Shown piece after piece: positions 46,386-56,758 of a stretch of DNA of 64,000 nucleotides (position 1 is its first letter; every line of letters starts with the position of its first letter). Made by a program: the position numbers and the translations under genes. The stretch is from NCBI GenBank assembly GCA_963708025.1, contig CAVPSB010000028.1:32001-96000 (forward strand), given 5' to 3'. Below the pieces are notes generated by a model. That model worked only from the letters and a program-made list of their open reading frames with translations, ran no database searches and had not been told where the DNA came from. This DNA is from an uncultured Candidatus Rokubacteria bacterium (GTDB lineage Bacteria; Methylomirabilota; Methylomirabilia; Rokubacteriales; DASRDR01).

Positions 46386-47783
46386 GTGTCGAAGATGAGT
46401 GCGCTGGCGACCGCGACGACCATCGAGAGCGAGTACGGCGCCCGGTTCCCGGGCTCGTTCGCGCTGTGGGAGCGGGCGCGCCGGCTCGTCCCGTCGGGGA
46501 TCAACCACGACGTCCGGCGGATCGTGCCGTTCCCGCTCTACATGGACCACGCCCAGGGCTGCCGGAAGTGGGACGTTGACGGCAACGAGTTCCTCGACCT
46601 CTGCACCGGTCACGGGTCGCTCATCCTCGGCCACGGCCACCCGGCCATCGTGAAGGCGATCCAGGAGCAGACGGCGCGCTTCACCCACCCGTCGGCGCCG
46701 ACGCCGCTCGAGGTCCGGTGGGCGGAGCTGGTGACGCGCCTGGTGCCGTGCGCGGACATGGTGCGCTTCCTCCTCTCGGGGACCGAGGCGACCATGCTGG
46801 CCATGCGGCTGGCCCGGGCGCACACCGGCCGCGACGTGGTGGTCAAGATCCACGGCCACTTCCACGGCTGGCACGACTACGCGATGATCGGCTACATGCC
46901 CCCGTTCGACGTGCCCTCGTCGAGCGGGGTGCCGGGCGTCATCGCGCAGACCATGCGGGCGGTGCCGCTCCACGACCTCGACGCCATGGAGGCGGCGCTC
47001 CGGCCCGGCGACGTCGCGGCGGTCATCCTCGAGGCCGACGGCCCGCTGGCGGGCACGGTGCCGGTCGCGCCCGGGTACCTGGCGGCGCTCCGCGAGCTGA
47101 CCACCCGCCACGGCGCGCTCCTCGTCTTCGACGAGGTAGTCACCGGCTTCCGGCTGGCGCCGGGCGGGGCCCAGCAGCACTTCGGCGTGACCCCGGACCT
47201 GGGGACCTTCGCCAAGATCGTGGCCGGCGGCATGCCGGCGGGGGCGGTGGCCGGCCGCCGGGAGATCATGGGCGACATCGCCTTCCGCGACGACGCGGCC
47301 TGGAATCGCCGGAAGCGGGTCCGGCACATGGGCACCTTCAGCGCCTATCCGCTGGCGGCGGCGGCGGGGGTCACCGCGCTCGAGCTCCTGGCCGACGGGC
47401 AGCTCCAGGACCGGGCGGCCGCGCTGGCGGAGCGGCTCCGGGCCGGGATGAACCGGGCGATGGCCGACGCCGGCGTCTCCGGGAGCGCCTACGGGTGCCG
47501 CTCCATCGTGCGGATCATCGTCGGCGACGACCTGCCGGCGATTCACGACCCCGCCGAGTTCACCCGGGCGGTCCCGCCGGCGCGGCTCATCGAGAACATC
47601 CGGCCGCCGCTCCTGCAGTCGCTGCACGCGGCCATGCTCCTCGAAGGCCTCGACGTCCTCGGCGGCAGCCACGCCTGGACGTCCGCGGTGATGACCGAGT
47701 CGGACATCGACGACGCGGTCGGCCGGTTCGCCCGGGCCCTCCACCGGGTGCGGCGGGAAGGGCTGCTGGCCGGCCGGCGGTGA
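46386..47783 (+). CDS. Class III PLP aminotransferase (GSA aminomutase-like)
   Basis: WDVDGNE, SGTEAT, FHGWHD, FDEVVTGFR, AKIVAGG. Confidence 0.9.
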   Translation: MSKMSALATATTIESEYGARFPGSFALWERARRLVPSGINHDVRRIVPFPLYMDHAQGCRKWDVDGNEFLDLCTGHGSLILGHGHPAIVKAIQEQTARFTHPSAPTPLEVRWAELVTRLVPCADMVRFLLSGTEATMLAMRLARAHTGRDVVVKIHGHFHGWHDYAMIGYMPPFDVPSSSGVPGVIAQTMRAVPLHDLDAMEAALRPGDVAAVILEADGPLAGTVPVAPGYLAALRELTTRHGALLVFDEVVTGFRLAPGGAQQHFGVTPDLGTFAKIVAGGMPAGAVAGRREIMGDIAFRDDAAWNRRKRVRHMGTFSAYPLAAAAGVTALELLADGQLQDRAAALAERLRAGMNRAMADAGVSGSAYGCRSIVRIIVGDDLPAIHDPAEFTRAVPPARLIENIRPPLLQSLHAAMLLEGLDVLGGSHAWTSAVMTESDIDDAVGRFARALHRVRREGLLAGRR

Positions 47784-47784
47784 G

Positions 47785-48540
47785 ATGGGCCAGGACCGGG
47801 TGGTGCTCATCACCGGGGCCGCCAACGGCATCGGCCGGGCGATGGCCGCCGGGTTCCACCGGGACGGCTTCGCCGTCGTCGGGGTCGACAACGACGCCGG
47901 GGGCCTGGCCGCCATCGCCCCGGTCTGCGCGCTGACGGCCGTCACCGACGTGGTCGACCCCGCCCAGGTGGACGCCGCGGTCGAGGCCGCGTTGGCGAGG
48001 CTGGGGCGGATCGACGTCCTGGTCAACGGAGCGGGCGTGATCCTCGATCGCCGGGTGGCCGAGCACGGCGAGGGCGAGTTCGAGCGCGTGGTCCGGATCA
48101 ACCTCTTCGGCGCCTTCTACTTCATGCGTGCCGACCATCCCGGTGATGCGGCGGCAGCGGTACGGCCGGATCGTCAACTTCGCGTCGCGGGCGGCCGAGA
48201 ACGCCACGCCGGGGCTGTCGGCGTACGGCGCCTCCAAGGCCGGCATCTTCACCCTGACCCAGTGCGCGGCCAGCGAGGTGGCCGGGGACGGCATTCTCGT
48301 CAACGCGCTCATTCCCGGCGACACGCGCACCGCGATGAACCCGGCGGCGAAGCAGGAGCCGGAGGCCGTCTATCCCTACCTGCGGGAGCTGGCCACGCTG
48401 CCGGCCGGGGGGCCGAGCGGGAAGGTCTTCCGCTACGGGAGGGAGTACCCGCTGTTCCAGCCCAAGGGCGACGGGCTGCCGGTGGCCCTGACGCCGAGCC
48501 GGACGCAGGCCTCCAGCCAGCCCGAGGAGGCGATCCGTGA
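47785..48540 (+). CDS. Short-chain dehydrogenase/reductase (frameshift near 48130, end uncertain)
   Basis: TGAANGIG and VNGAG in one frame; GRIVN, YGASK and VNALIPG in the next. Confidence 0.8.
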   Translation: MGQDRVVLITGAANGIGRAMAAGFHRDGFAVVGVDNDAGGLAAIAPVCALTAVTDVVDPAQVDAAVEAALARLGRIDVLVNGAGVILDRRVAEHGEGEFERVVRINLFGAFYFMRADHPGDAAAAVRPDRQLRVAGGRERHAGAVGVRRLQGRHLHPDPVRGQRGGRGRHSRQRAHSRRHAHRDEPGGEAGAGGRLSLPAGAGHAAGRGAEREGLPLREGVPAVPAQGRRAAGGPDAEPDAGLQPARGGDP

Positions 48541-49845
48541 AGGGCGTCCGCCAACGTCTTCGTGCACCGACCTCGTCGACGAAGGGCACGACGCGGTCCT
48601 GGACAACCTCCAGGAGCGGGGCGGCCTCGACGGGATCACGGTCGCCTGCAACTACCATCACTCCCGGGACGTCTTCCCCCACAACCCGCGCCACCGGGTC
48701 ATCTACTTCACGGGCGAGCACTTCTTCGAGCCCGACCGCCGGCGCTACGGGCGCATCCAGCCGGTGGTGAGCCCGCTGGCCGAGCGCGATCCCCTGCGCG
48801 TCCTGGTGACCAAGGCCCGCCAGCGCGGCATGGCGGTGCGGGGCTGGGTCAACTTCCTCCACAACAGCCGGCTCGGCCAGCGGTACCCGGAGTGCGCGGT
48901 CGCCAACGCGTTCGGCGACCGCTACCTGAACGCGCTCTGCCCCGCCAACCCCGACTGCCGGGCCTACGTCCGCGCCTTCGGCGGCGACCTCGGGACCTAC
49001 GGGCTGGAGGCGATCCGCGCGGAGAGCGTCGGCTACATGCCCTTCGAGCACGGCTATCACCACGAGCGGTGCTTCGTCCCCCTCTCGCCCGTCGCCCGCT
49101 TCCTCATGGGGGTGTGCTTCTGCGACGCACTGCATCGCCGCGGCCCGGGCGGCCGGCATCGACGGGGAGGCCGTCCGGAAGTTCGTCGAGCGGGAGCTCG
49201 GGCGGGCCCTCGGCGGGGACCCCGGACCGCTCGACGCGGTGCCCCTCACGCGGGAGGCCGTCGGCGCGCTCGATGGCCGGGGAGCTCGGGGGGTACCTGG
49301 CGACCCGGGAGCGGACGGTCACCTCGCTGGTCGCGGAGGCCACCGAGGCCATCCACGCCGCCGGCCGCGCGGGCGGCCGATCGGACTTCGTCGTGGTCGA
49401 GTGGTCCGGCGGCCTGCGGGCGCCCTCGTCGGGGATGACGGTGGCCGGGAGCCAGGGCGCGGCCGTCGACCGGGCCTGGCAGGACGGCATCGCGCTGGAC
49501 GCCCTGCTCGGCGCCTGCGACGGCATCTCGGTGCTCGGCTACGTCGGCGACCGCGCCCGGCTGGCGGCGGACCTCGAGGCGTACGCGCCCCGCATCCCCG
49601 CCGGACGCTCCCTGTCGGTGTCGCTGCGGCCCATGCTCCCGGACTGCGGGAGCGCCGAGGAGCTGCGGGCCCGGACGGCGCTCGTGGCCGGCTTCGGGCC
49701 CCGGTGGATCGAGTTCTACCATTACGGCTTCGTGCCGCTCGAGCGGCTCGACTGGATCCGGAGCGCGCTCGAGGCGGCGCGCGAGACGGTGGCATCCGAG
49801 CGGGGCGCCCCACCCGGGCGCCCGACAGGAGGGACGCGCCCGTGA
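48537..49845 (+). CDS. Hypothetical protein, possibly TIM-barrel / glycoside hydrolase-like (several frameshifts)
   Basis: Coding-like blocks DLVDEG..VLD, NYHHSRD.FPHNP, NAFGD...LCPANP, CFC, FYHYG spread over three frames. Confidence 0.6.
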
Positions 49846-51143
49846 GACCTTCCAGGTTCGCCGGCCGGCTGGTAGCGGGATGTCTCGGTGTCGTCGTGCT
49901 GGTCGCTCTCGGCCCCATGGCCGCCCACGGCCAGGTCACGCTCAAGTTCTGGCAGCCCGACACCCGGGCCGACTGGGTGAAGGCGCGGGACATCGTGATC
50001 AAGGACTTCGAGGAGAAGAACCCCGGCATCAAGATCGAGAACACGACGGTGGACTGGGGCCAGCTCTTCCCGAAGCTGCAGGCGGCGGTGGCGGCCAACG
50101 CCGCCCCCGACATCTATTTCCTGAACCCGCCCTCCAACGTCTTCGGCGCGGCGGCCCAGAAGCTCATCGTGCCGGTCACCGACGTCGTCAAGGCCGTCGG
50201 ATCCGACCGCTGGCCGTCGAGCATGATCGATCCCCTGACCGTGGACGGCCAGGTCTACGGGATGCCGATGAACACGTTCCCGCACGTCGTGTGGTACCGG
50301 AAGGACCTCTTCGCCCAGGCCGGCCTCCAGCCGCCGACCACGCTGGACAACCTCCTGAAGGCGGCCCAGACCCTGAACAAGCCGCCGGCGATCTACGGCA
50401 TCGCGCTCTACAACAACCAGGCGGATCCGCACGTCTTCGTCGAGATCTGCGCGGCCTTCGGCTGCCAGGTGGTGGACGCCAAGGGGAACGTGGTCATCGA
50501 CTCCCCGCAGACCGCGCAGGCGATCGAGTACTACAAGCAGCTCTGGAAGACCACGACCCCCGACGCGATCTCGAAGACGAACCTGGACCAGCGGCTGGTG
50601 TTCGCGGCCGGCGGGGCGGCGATCATGATGACGCAGATCTCGCTGGTGACGAACCTCACCAGCGGCCAGTCGAAGGTGACCCTCGACCAGGCCGCGGTCG
50701 TCGAGGTGCCGAACCAGGCCAAGACGCGGCCGACCACGGTCAACGAGATCCAGGCGCTGACGATCCCCCGGGGCGCCAAGCACCCGGCCGAGGCCCGGCG
50801 CTTCCTGGAGTTCTGGTTCAGCCCCGACGAGTACATGAAGTACATCAGCAACACGGTGCCCGGCCACCTCCCGACCATGAAGCACGCCACCGCCGCCAGC
50901 AGCCCCTACTGGGAGCTGCCGCGCATCAAGCCGATGGCCAGCCTGTTCCGGGTGGCGTCCGAGAGCGCCTTCCAGAACGGCTTCTACCTCGGCATGCATC
51001 CGGTGCCCAACACCTGCGAGCCCAAGGTCTACGCGGCCGGCATCTACACCCAGATGGTGAGCCACGCGGTGATCGACAACTGGGGCGGCGCCCAGACGGC
51101 GGCCTGGGCCCAGACCGAGATCAAGCGACTCTGCGCCAGGTAG
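49842..51143 (+). CDS. Sugar-type ABC substrate-binding protein
   Basis: Signal peptide, FEEKNPGIKI, DGQVYGMP, YRKDLF. Confidence 0.9.
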   Translation: MRPSRFAGRLVAGCLGVVVLVALGPMAAHGQVTLKFWQPDTRADWVKARDIVIKDFEEKNPGIKIENTTVDWGQLFPKLQAAVAANAAPDIYFLNPPSNVFGAAAQKLIVPVTDVVKAVGSDRWPSSMIDPLTVDGQVYGMPMNTFPHVVWYRKDLFAQAGLQPPTTLDNLLKAAQTLNKPPAIYGIALYNNQADPHVFVEICAAFGCQVVDAKGNVVIDSPQTAQAIEYYKQLWKTTTPDAISKTNLDQRLVFAAGGAAIMMTQISLVTNLTSGQSKVTLDQAAVVEVPNQAKTRPTTVNEIQALTIPRGAKHPAEARRFLEFWFSPDEYMKYISNTVPGHLPTMKHATAASSPYWELPRIKPMASLFRVASESAFQNGFYLGMHPVPNTCEPKVYAAGIYTQMVSHAVIDNWGGAQTAAWAQTEIKRLCAR

Positions 51144-52084
51144 CCGCGACGGCCCCGAGCCCCTGGCGTCGCCTGGTCGCGCGCCAGGGATGGAGCGCGG
51201 TCCGCCGGGACGAGCGCTACCTGGGAGCCGCCTTCGTGCTCCCGTCGCTGCTCGTGCTGGCGACGACCATCGTCTACCCGCTCGCCAGCATCTTCCTCTT
51301 CAGCTTCCAGGACCTCGATCTGACCGCCGGCGACGAGCGGGGCCGCTTCGTCGGCCTCGCCAACTACCAGGCCGTCCTCACCTCGTACAACTTCCCCGGC
51401 GCCCTCGGCCACTCCCTGCTCCTCGCCGTGGTCGTGGTCGTGGCCACGGTGGCGCTCGGCATGGGGATCGCGCTGCTCCTGAACGGCACGTTCCCGGGCC
51501 GGACGCTGGCGCGGAGCCTCATCATCCTGCCGTGGGCCATGCCGGCGTTCGTGGCCGCCTTCGCCTGGCGCTGGATCCTCGACTTCCAGTACGGCGCGGT
51601 CAACCACCTGATCCGCCTGGCCTCGCCGGAGAGCGCGGGCATCGCGTTCCTGAGCCAGCCGACGCTGGCGTTCTGGATCGCGGCGCTGGTCTACGTCTGG
51701 AAGGGTCTGCCGTGGACGACGCTGGTCCTCCTGGCCGGGCTCCAGGTGGTGCCGCAGGACCAGCGGGAGGCGGCGCGGGTCGACGGCGCCAGCGCCTTCC
51801 ACGAGTGGCGGCACGTCGTGCTGCCCTCGATCGCGTTCGTGCTCCAGATCACGGTCACGCTCCTGTTCATCTGGAACTTCAACTGGTTCGACATGATGTG
51901 GCTGCTCACCCAGGGCGGGCCGGGCCGCGCCACCGCGATCCTGCCCATCGACGTCTACATGCAGGCCTTCCAGGCGTTCAACAGCGGCTACGCCTCGGCG
52001 CTGGGCGTCATCATCCTGGCGGTGGTCGTCTCGGTGGCGCTCACGCTCTTCCGGCTCTGGTCCCGACAGGAGGGCGGCCTGTGA
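51140..52084 (+). CDS. Sugar ABC permease (start unclear)
   Basis: FVGLANY, LPWAMP, EAARVDGA, TQGGPG. Confidence 0.85.
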   Translation, partial: VAATAPSPWRRLVARQGWSAVRRDERYLGAAFVLPSLLVLATTIVYPLASIFLFSFQDLDLTAGDERGRFVGLANYQAVLTSYNFPGALGHSLLLAVVVVVATVALGMGIALLLNGTFPGRTLARSLIILPWAMPAFVAAFAWRWILDFQYGAVNHLIRLASPESAGIAFLSQPTLAFWIAALVYVWKGLPWTTLVLLAGLQVVPQDQREAARVDGASAFHEWRHVVLPSIAFVLQITVTLLFIWNFNWFDMMWLLTQGGPGRATAILPIDVYMQAFQAFNSGYASALGVIILAVVVSVALTLFRLWSRQEGGL

Positions 52085-52923
52085 GACACACGCGGGTCCG
52101 GCGGGCTCTCCGGATGGCCGTGGTCGGCCTCATCCTGGCCGTCGTCCTGTTCCCGATCTACTGGCTCGTCCTGACCTCGACCAACACCCCCGACCGGATC
52201 CTCTCCCGGGACCCGCAGAGCCTGCTCCCCCGCCGCCCCTCGCTCCAGGCCTACCGGCACGTGCTGGGCGACTCCCACTTCGCGCTGTTCGCGCGGAACA
52301 GCCTCATCGTGGCCGGCTCGGTCACCCTGTTCGGCGTGAGCGTGAGCGCGCTCGGCGCCTACGCGCTGGCCCGCCTGGCCTTCCCTGGCCGCCGGCTGGT
52401 GGGGCGCCTGGTGCTCTTCGCCTACGTGGTCCCGCCCGTGCTCCTGGTGGTCCCGATGTTCGTCGCGCTGGCCCGGCTGGGCCTGATCGACACGCCCATC
52501 GCCCTGGTCCTGGCCCACACCACGTTCGCCATCCCGTTCTGCATGTGGATCCTGCGCGGCTTCTTCCTCAGCCTGCCGGCCTCGCTCGAGGAGGCGGCGC
52601 TGGTGGACGGCTGCACCCGGCTCCAGGCCTTCCGGCGGGTCGTGCTCCCGCTGGCCCGCCCGGGCCTGGTGGCGGCAGCCATGTTTGCCTTCCTCCTGTC
52701 GTGGAACGAGTACCTCTACGCCCTCGTGTTCATGCAGAGCGACGCGCAGAAGACGCTCCCCATCGGCATCCAGACGACCTACTTCAACGTGACCATGGCC
52801 CCTTCCGACTGGCTGCACCTCCTCACCGCCTCCGTGCTCGCGTCGGTCCCGGTCTTCCTGCTCTTCATGGGCCTCCAGCGCTGGATGGTGAGCGGGCTGA
52901 CGGCGGGGGCGGTGAAGGGCTGA
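52081..52923 (+). CDS. Sugar ABC permease
   Basis: LEEAALVDG, SWNEY, GLTAGAVKG. Confidence 0.92.
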   Translation: MRHTRVRRALRMAVVGLILAVVLFPIYWLVLTSTNTPDRILSRDPQSLLPRRPSLQAYRHVLGDSHFALFARNSLIVAGSVTLFGVSVSALGAYALARLAFPGRRLVGRLVLFAYVVPPVLLVVPMFVALARLGLIDTPIALVLAHTTFAIPFCMWILRGFFLSLPASLEEAALVDGCTRLQAFRRVVLPLARPGLVAAAMFAFLLSWNEYLYALVFMQSDAQKTLPIGIQTTYFNVTMAPSDWLHLLTASVLASVPVFLLFMGLQRWMVSGLTAGAVKG

Positions 52924-52925
52924 GC

Positions 52926-53672
52926 ATGGGCGTCGGTGACCGGGTGGCGGTGGTCACGGGGGCCGGCCAGGGGATCGGCGCCGCCATCGCGGCGGCCCTG
53001 GCCCGGGGCGGGGCTCGGGTCGTGGTCAACGACATCGACGCCGACCGGGCGGGGGCGACGGCGGAGCGCCTGGCGCGATCCGGCGCGGGCGTCGTGGCAG
53101 CGGCGGCCGACGTCAGCCATGTGGCGGGCGCCCGCCGCGTCGTGGAGCGGGCGCTCGCCGAGTTCGGGCGGCTCGACATCCTCGTCAACAACGCCGCCAT
53201 CACGCGCGACGCGTCCCTCGAGGCCATGACCGAGGAGGACTGGGACAGGGTCCTCGGGGTGAACCTCCGGGCGGCCTTCCTCTGCTGCCAGCAGGCGGTG
53301 CCGCACATGTCGGCGGGGCGGCACGGCCGGATCGTCAACATCGGCTCCCGGGCCTGGCTCGGGGGGACCGGCCAGTTCAACTACGCGGCGTCGAAGGGCG
53401 GCCTGATCGCCCTCACCCGGACGCTCGCCCTGGAGGTCGCGGCCCGGCAGATCACCGTCAACGCCATCGCGCCCTCGACCATCGACGCCCCGCTCCTGCA
53501 CGCGGCCCCCGCCGACGTCCGCGAGCGGATGGTGGCCAGCGTCCCCGTCGGCCGGATCGGCCAGCCGGCGGACGTCGCCTGGGCGGTGCTGTTCTTCGCC
53601 TCGGACGAGGCCGGCTACGTCACCGGCCAGACGCTCTACGTCTGCGGCGGCCGGAGCCTCGCCGCGTACTGA
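52926..53672 (+). CDS. FabG-like short-chain dehydrogenase/reductase
   Basis: TGAGQGIG, VNNA, NYAASKG, YVTGQ. Confidence 0.92.
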   Translation: MGVGDRVAVVTGAGQGIGAAIAAALARGGARVVVNDIDADRAGATAERLARSGAGVVAAAADVSHVAGARRVVERALAEFGRLDILVNNAAITRDASLEAMTEEDWDRVLGVNLRAAFLCCQQAVPHMSAGRHGRIVNIGSRAWLGGTGQFNYAASKGGLIALTRTLALEVAARQITVNAIAPSTIDAPLLHAAPADVRERMVASVPVGRIGQPADVAWAVLFFASDEAGYVTGQTLYVCGGRSLAAY

Positions 53673-53688
53673 GGTCGGCAAGAGGAGG

Positions 53689-54432
53689 ATGGCGATGCGA
53701 CTCGTGTACCTGATCCCCGGACCGATGTCGAAGGGGCCGCTCGGCCCCGGCGAGCTGGCGCGCCGCCAGGCGGTGCTCCAGCGGGCGGCCTTCCCGGGCA
53801 CGGAGGTCGAGGTCCGCGACGTCCCGGAGGGGCCGGCCTCGATCGAGTCCGCCTACGAGGAGTACCTCTCGGTCCCAGCGACCCTCCAGGGCCTGCAGGC
53901 GCTGGAGCGCGACGGCATCGACGGGGCCATCGTCGGCTGCTTCGGCGACCCCGGCGTGGACGCCGCGCGGGAGGTCTGCCGGATGCCGATCGTGGGCCCC
54001 GGCGAGGCGGCGATGCTGCTCGCCGCGGCCCTCGGCCACCGGTTCGCGATCGTGACCGTGCTGGACGCCATCGTCCACCCGCTCCGGCGGCTGGCCTGGA
54101 GCGTCGGCGTGCTCGACAAGCTGGCCGCGGTGCGCGCCATCGGCGTCCCGGTGCTGGAGCTCTACCGCGACCTGGACGCCACCGCCGGCCGGATCGCCGA
54201 GGTCGGGAAGCGCACGATCGAGGAGGACGGCGCCGACACCGTGATCCTCGGCTGCATGACGATGGCCTTCGCCGAGCGCCACCGGGAGCTGGCGGCCGCC
54301 CTGGGCGTCCCCGTCGTGAGCCCCGTCCACGCGGCGCTCAAGCTGGCCGAGGCCCTCGTCGGGGCCGGCCTCACCCACAGCAAGCGCGCCTACCCCCTGC
54401 CGCCGAAGCTGGCCTCACGGGAAGGCGGCTGA
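53689..54432 (+). CDS. Asp/Glu/hydantoin (allantoin) racemase family protein
   Basis: GPASIES, GCFGDPG, ILGCMTM; two catalytic cysteines. Confidence 0.9.
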   Translation: MAMRLVYLIPGPMSKGPLGPGELARRQAVLQRAAFPGTEVEVRDVPEGPASIESAYEEYLSVPATLQGLQALERDGIDGAIVGCFGDPGVDAAREVCRMPIVGPGEAAMLLAAALGHRFAIVTVLDAIVHPLRRLAWSVGVLDKLAAVRAIGVPVLELYRDLDATAGRIAEVGKRTIEEDGADTVILGCMTMAFAERHRELAAALGVPVVSPVHAALKLAEALVGAGLTHSKRAYPLPPKLASREGG

Positions 54433-54505
54433 GGAGGCCGGGCGGCTGTCACCAGCGGGACCCCTCGCGCGTTGGTCGGGTGATGCCGACGCCAAGGAGG
54501 TCGCC

Positions 54506-56758
54506 ATGAGACACCCGGCCACATCCCCGACCGCATCCCTCACCGCCGTCCCGTCCTCCGGCGGGCGGCTCGTCGCTCCCGACGGGCGCACGCTCGCCCT
54601 CCGCGGCGTCGCGCTGCGGGCCGAGGCGGGCGGCGGGCTCGCCCGGGTCGTGCTGGAGCAGCGGTTCCGGAACGCCCACCCCGACCCCCTCCAGGTCACG
54701 TACCTCCTGCCCCTGCCCGCCGACGGGGTCGTCTCCGCCTTCGCGTTCCGGATCGGCGAGCGCCGGGTCGTCGGCGAGGTCGACCGGCGGGCCGCCGCGC
54801 GCGAGCGGTTCGAGACGGCGCTCCTGGAGGGCCGTACGGCCGCGCTCGTCGAGCAGGACCGGGCGGCCCTCTTCACCCAGGAGATCGGGAACATCCCGGC
54901 CGGCGCGGAGGTCGTGGCCGAGCTGGTGATCGACCAGCGGCTGGGCTGGCTGGACGAGGGGGCCTGGGAGTGGCGGTTCCCGACGGTCGTCGCGCCCCGC
55001 TACCTCGGCGCCGGCGGCCGGGTGGCCGACGGGGAGCGGGTGACGGTCAACGTCGTCGAGCCGCCGACGGACATCGGAGCGAGCCTCGCGCTGGTGATCC
55101 GCGACGGGCTCCGCGAGGGCCGCGCCCCCGAGTCCCCCTCGCATGCGCTGCGGGTCGCGCCCGGAGGCCCCGGGCTCGAGGTCCGCTTCGACGGCGAGGG
55201 GGCCGTCGCCCTCGACCGCGACGTCGTCGTCCGTTGGGCCGTGGCGCGGCCCACCACCGGCCTGGCGCTGGACACCGGGCGGCCCGCCGGCGACCAGCCC
55301 CACGCGGACGCCGCCTACGGGCTCCTGACCCTCGTGCCTCCGGCCGCGGAGGAGCGCCCTCCGGCGTTCCCCCGCGACCTGGTCGTGCTGCTCGACACGA
55401 GCGGGTCGATGGCCGGCGCACCCCTCGACCAGGCCCGGCGGGTGGTCGGGGCGCTCGTGGAGAGCCTCGACGACGCCGACCGGCTCGAGCTGCTCGCGTT
55501 CTCGGATCGCCCGCTCCGGTGGAAGCCGCGCCCCGTGGCGGCGACCGCGGCGGCCCGGGCCGAGGCCCGCCGCTGGCTGGACGGGCTCCAGGCGGGCGGC
55601 GGGACCGAGATGGCCACGGCGGTCAGCGAGGCGCTCCGACCGCTCCGCCCCGACGCCCAGCGCCAGGTCGTGCTGGTCACCGACGGCCTCGTCGGCTTCG
55701 AGTCGGAGATCGTGGCGGCCGTCGCCGGCGCGCTGCCGGCCGGCTCGCGGCTCCACACGGTCGGCGTCGGCTCCGCCGCGAACCGCGGGCTCACGGCGCC
55801 GGCCGCCCGCGCCGGGCGCGGGGCCGAGGTCATCGTCGGCCTCGACGAGGACCCGGGGCCGGCGGCGGGGCGGCTCGTCGCCCGCACCCGCACGCCGCTC
55901 CTGACGGAGCTGGAGCTGAGCGGGAGTGCCCTCCTGGAGAGCGCGCCCGCGCGGATCCCCGACGTGCTGGCGGCCGCCCCGGTGCTGGTCGCCGTCCGGC
56001 TTCGCCCGGAGGGCGGCGAGGTCCGGGCCCGAGGGCGGACGACGGCGGGGCCCTGGACCGGCAGCCTGGTCGTCGCGCCCGTGGCCGCCGGTGCCGGGAA
56101 TCCGGCGGTGGTCGTCCACTACGGCCGGGAGGCGGTGGAGGACCTGGAGGTCCGGCGGGTCGCCGAGGAGGACGCGGCGCTCGACGGCGCCATCGAGCGG
56201 CTCGGGCTGGCCTTCCAGATCGCGACGCGGCTCACCTCGTGGGTGGCCGTGAGCGAGGAGCCGGGCGTGGACCCGCGCGCGCCGTGGCGCCGCGAGCGGA
56301 TCCCGCAGGCGCTGCCCCACGGCATGTCGGCGGAGGGCCTCGGGCTCCGGGGGCCGCGCCTGACACTCGCTCTTCGGCAGGAGCCCTCCCGCGCTGCTTT
56401 CCATGAGCTCGCATCGGCTGTCGCGAGCGTGGCCGAGCCCGGATATCTTCTCGAGCGGCGCCCCGTGATGCTGACGGGCCGCCTGGTGCGCTGTGATGGG
56501 CTCCAGCTGGTCCTCGAGATCAGCCTCGAGCGGAGCGTGGACTGGCACCCCGAGGCTGCGGAGGTGGCCTGGCTGGACGGTGCTCGTCTCGACGCCGAGA
56601 TCGACTGGCAGCACACGACCCGGGAGGGCCGACCGACTCGGGGTCAGGTCATCCGGCTCGTGCTCCGGCTGCCGGCCGGGGCGCCGGCCGCCGCGCCGGT
56701 CCGGATCGTCCTGACCGGCGAGGGCGGACCGCTGACGATCCACGTCCGCGCCGGATGA
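54506..56758 (+). CDS. VIT and von Willebrand A domain protein
   Basis: VIT (QRFRN...Y.LPLP, FTQEIGNIP); MIDAS DTSGS, GGTE, TDG; no signal peptide. Confidence 0.9.
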   Translation: MRHPATSPTASLTAVPSSGGRLVAPDGRTLALRGVALRAEAGGGLARVVLEQRFRNAHPDPLQVTYLLPLPADGVVSAFAFRIGERRVVGEVDRRAAARERFETALLEGRTAALVEQDRAALFTQEIGNIPAGAEVVAELVIDQRLGWLDEGAWEWRFPTVVAPRYLGAGGRVADGERVTVNVVEPPTDIGASLALVIRDGLREGRAPESPSHALRVAPGGPGLEVRFDGEGAVALDRDVVVRWAVARPTTGLALDTGRPAGDQPHADAAYGLLTLVPPAAEERPPAFPRDLVVLLDTSGSMAGAPLDQARRVVGALVESLDDADRLELLAFSDRPLRWKPRPVAATAAARAEARRWLDGLQAGGGTEMATAVSEALRPLRPDAQRQVVLVTDGLVGFESEIVAAVAGALPAGSRLHTVGVGSAANRGLTAPAARAGRGAEVIVGLDEDPGPAAGRLVARTRTPLLTELELSGSALLESAPARIPDVLAAAPVLVAVRLRPEGGEVRARGRTTAGPWTGSLVVAPVAAGAGNPAVVVHYGREAVEDLEVRRVAEEDAALDGAIERLGLAFQIATRLTSWVAVSEEPGVDPRAPWRRERIPQALPHGMSAEGLGLRGPRLTLALRQEPSRAAFHELASAVASVAEPGYLLERRPVMLTGRLVRCDGLQLVLEISLERSVDWHPEAAEVAWLDGARLDAEIDWQHTTREGRPTRGQVIRLVLRLPAGAPAAAPVRIVLTGEGGPLTIHVRAG

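Noticed and set aside
48128-49438. Apparent fusion of the SDR to the unknown protein
   Set aside because: An RBS (GAGGAGG) and GTGA-coupled start at 48537 indicate two genes joined only by local frameshift errors.
56340-56660. Diversity-generating retroelement variable region
   Set aside because: No template repeat or reverse transcriptase in the window, so adenine-specific variation cannot be shown.
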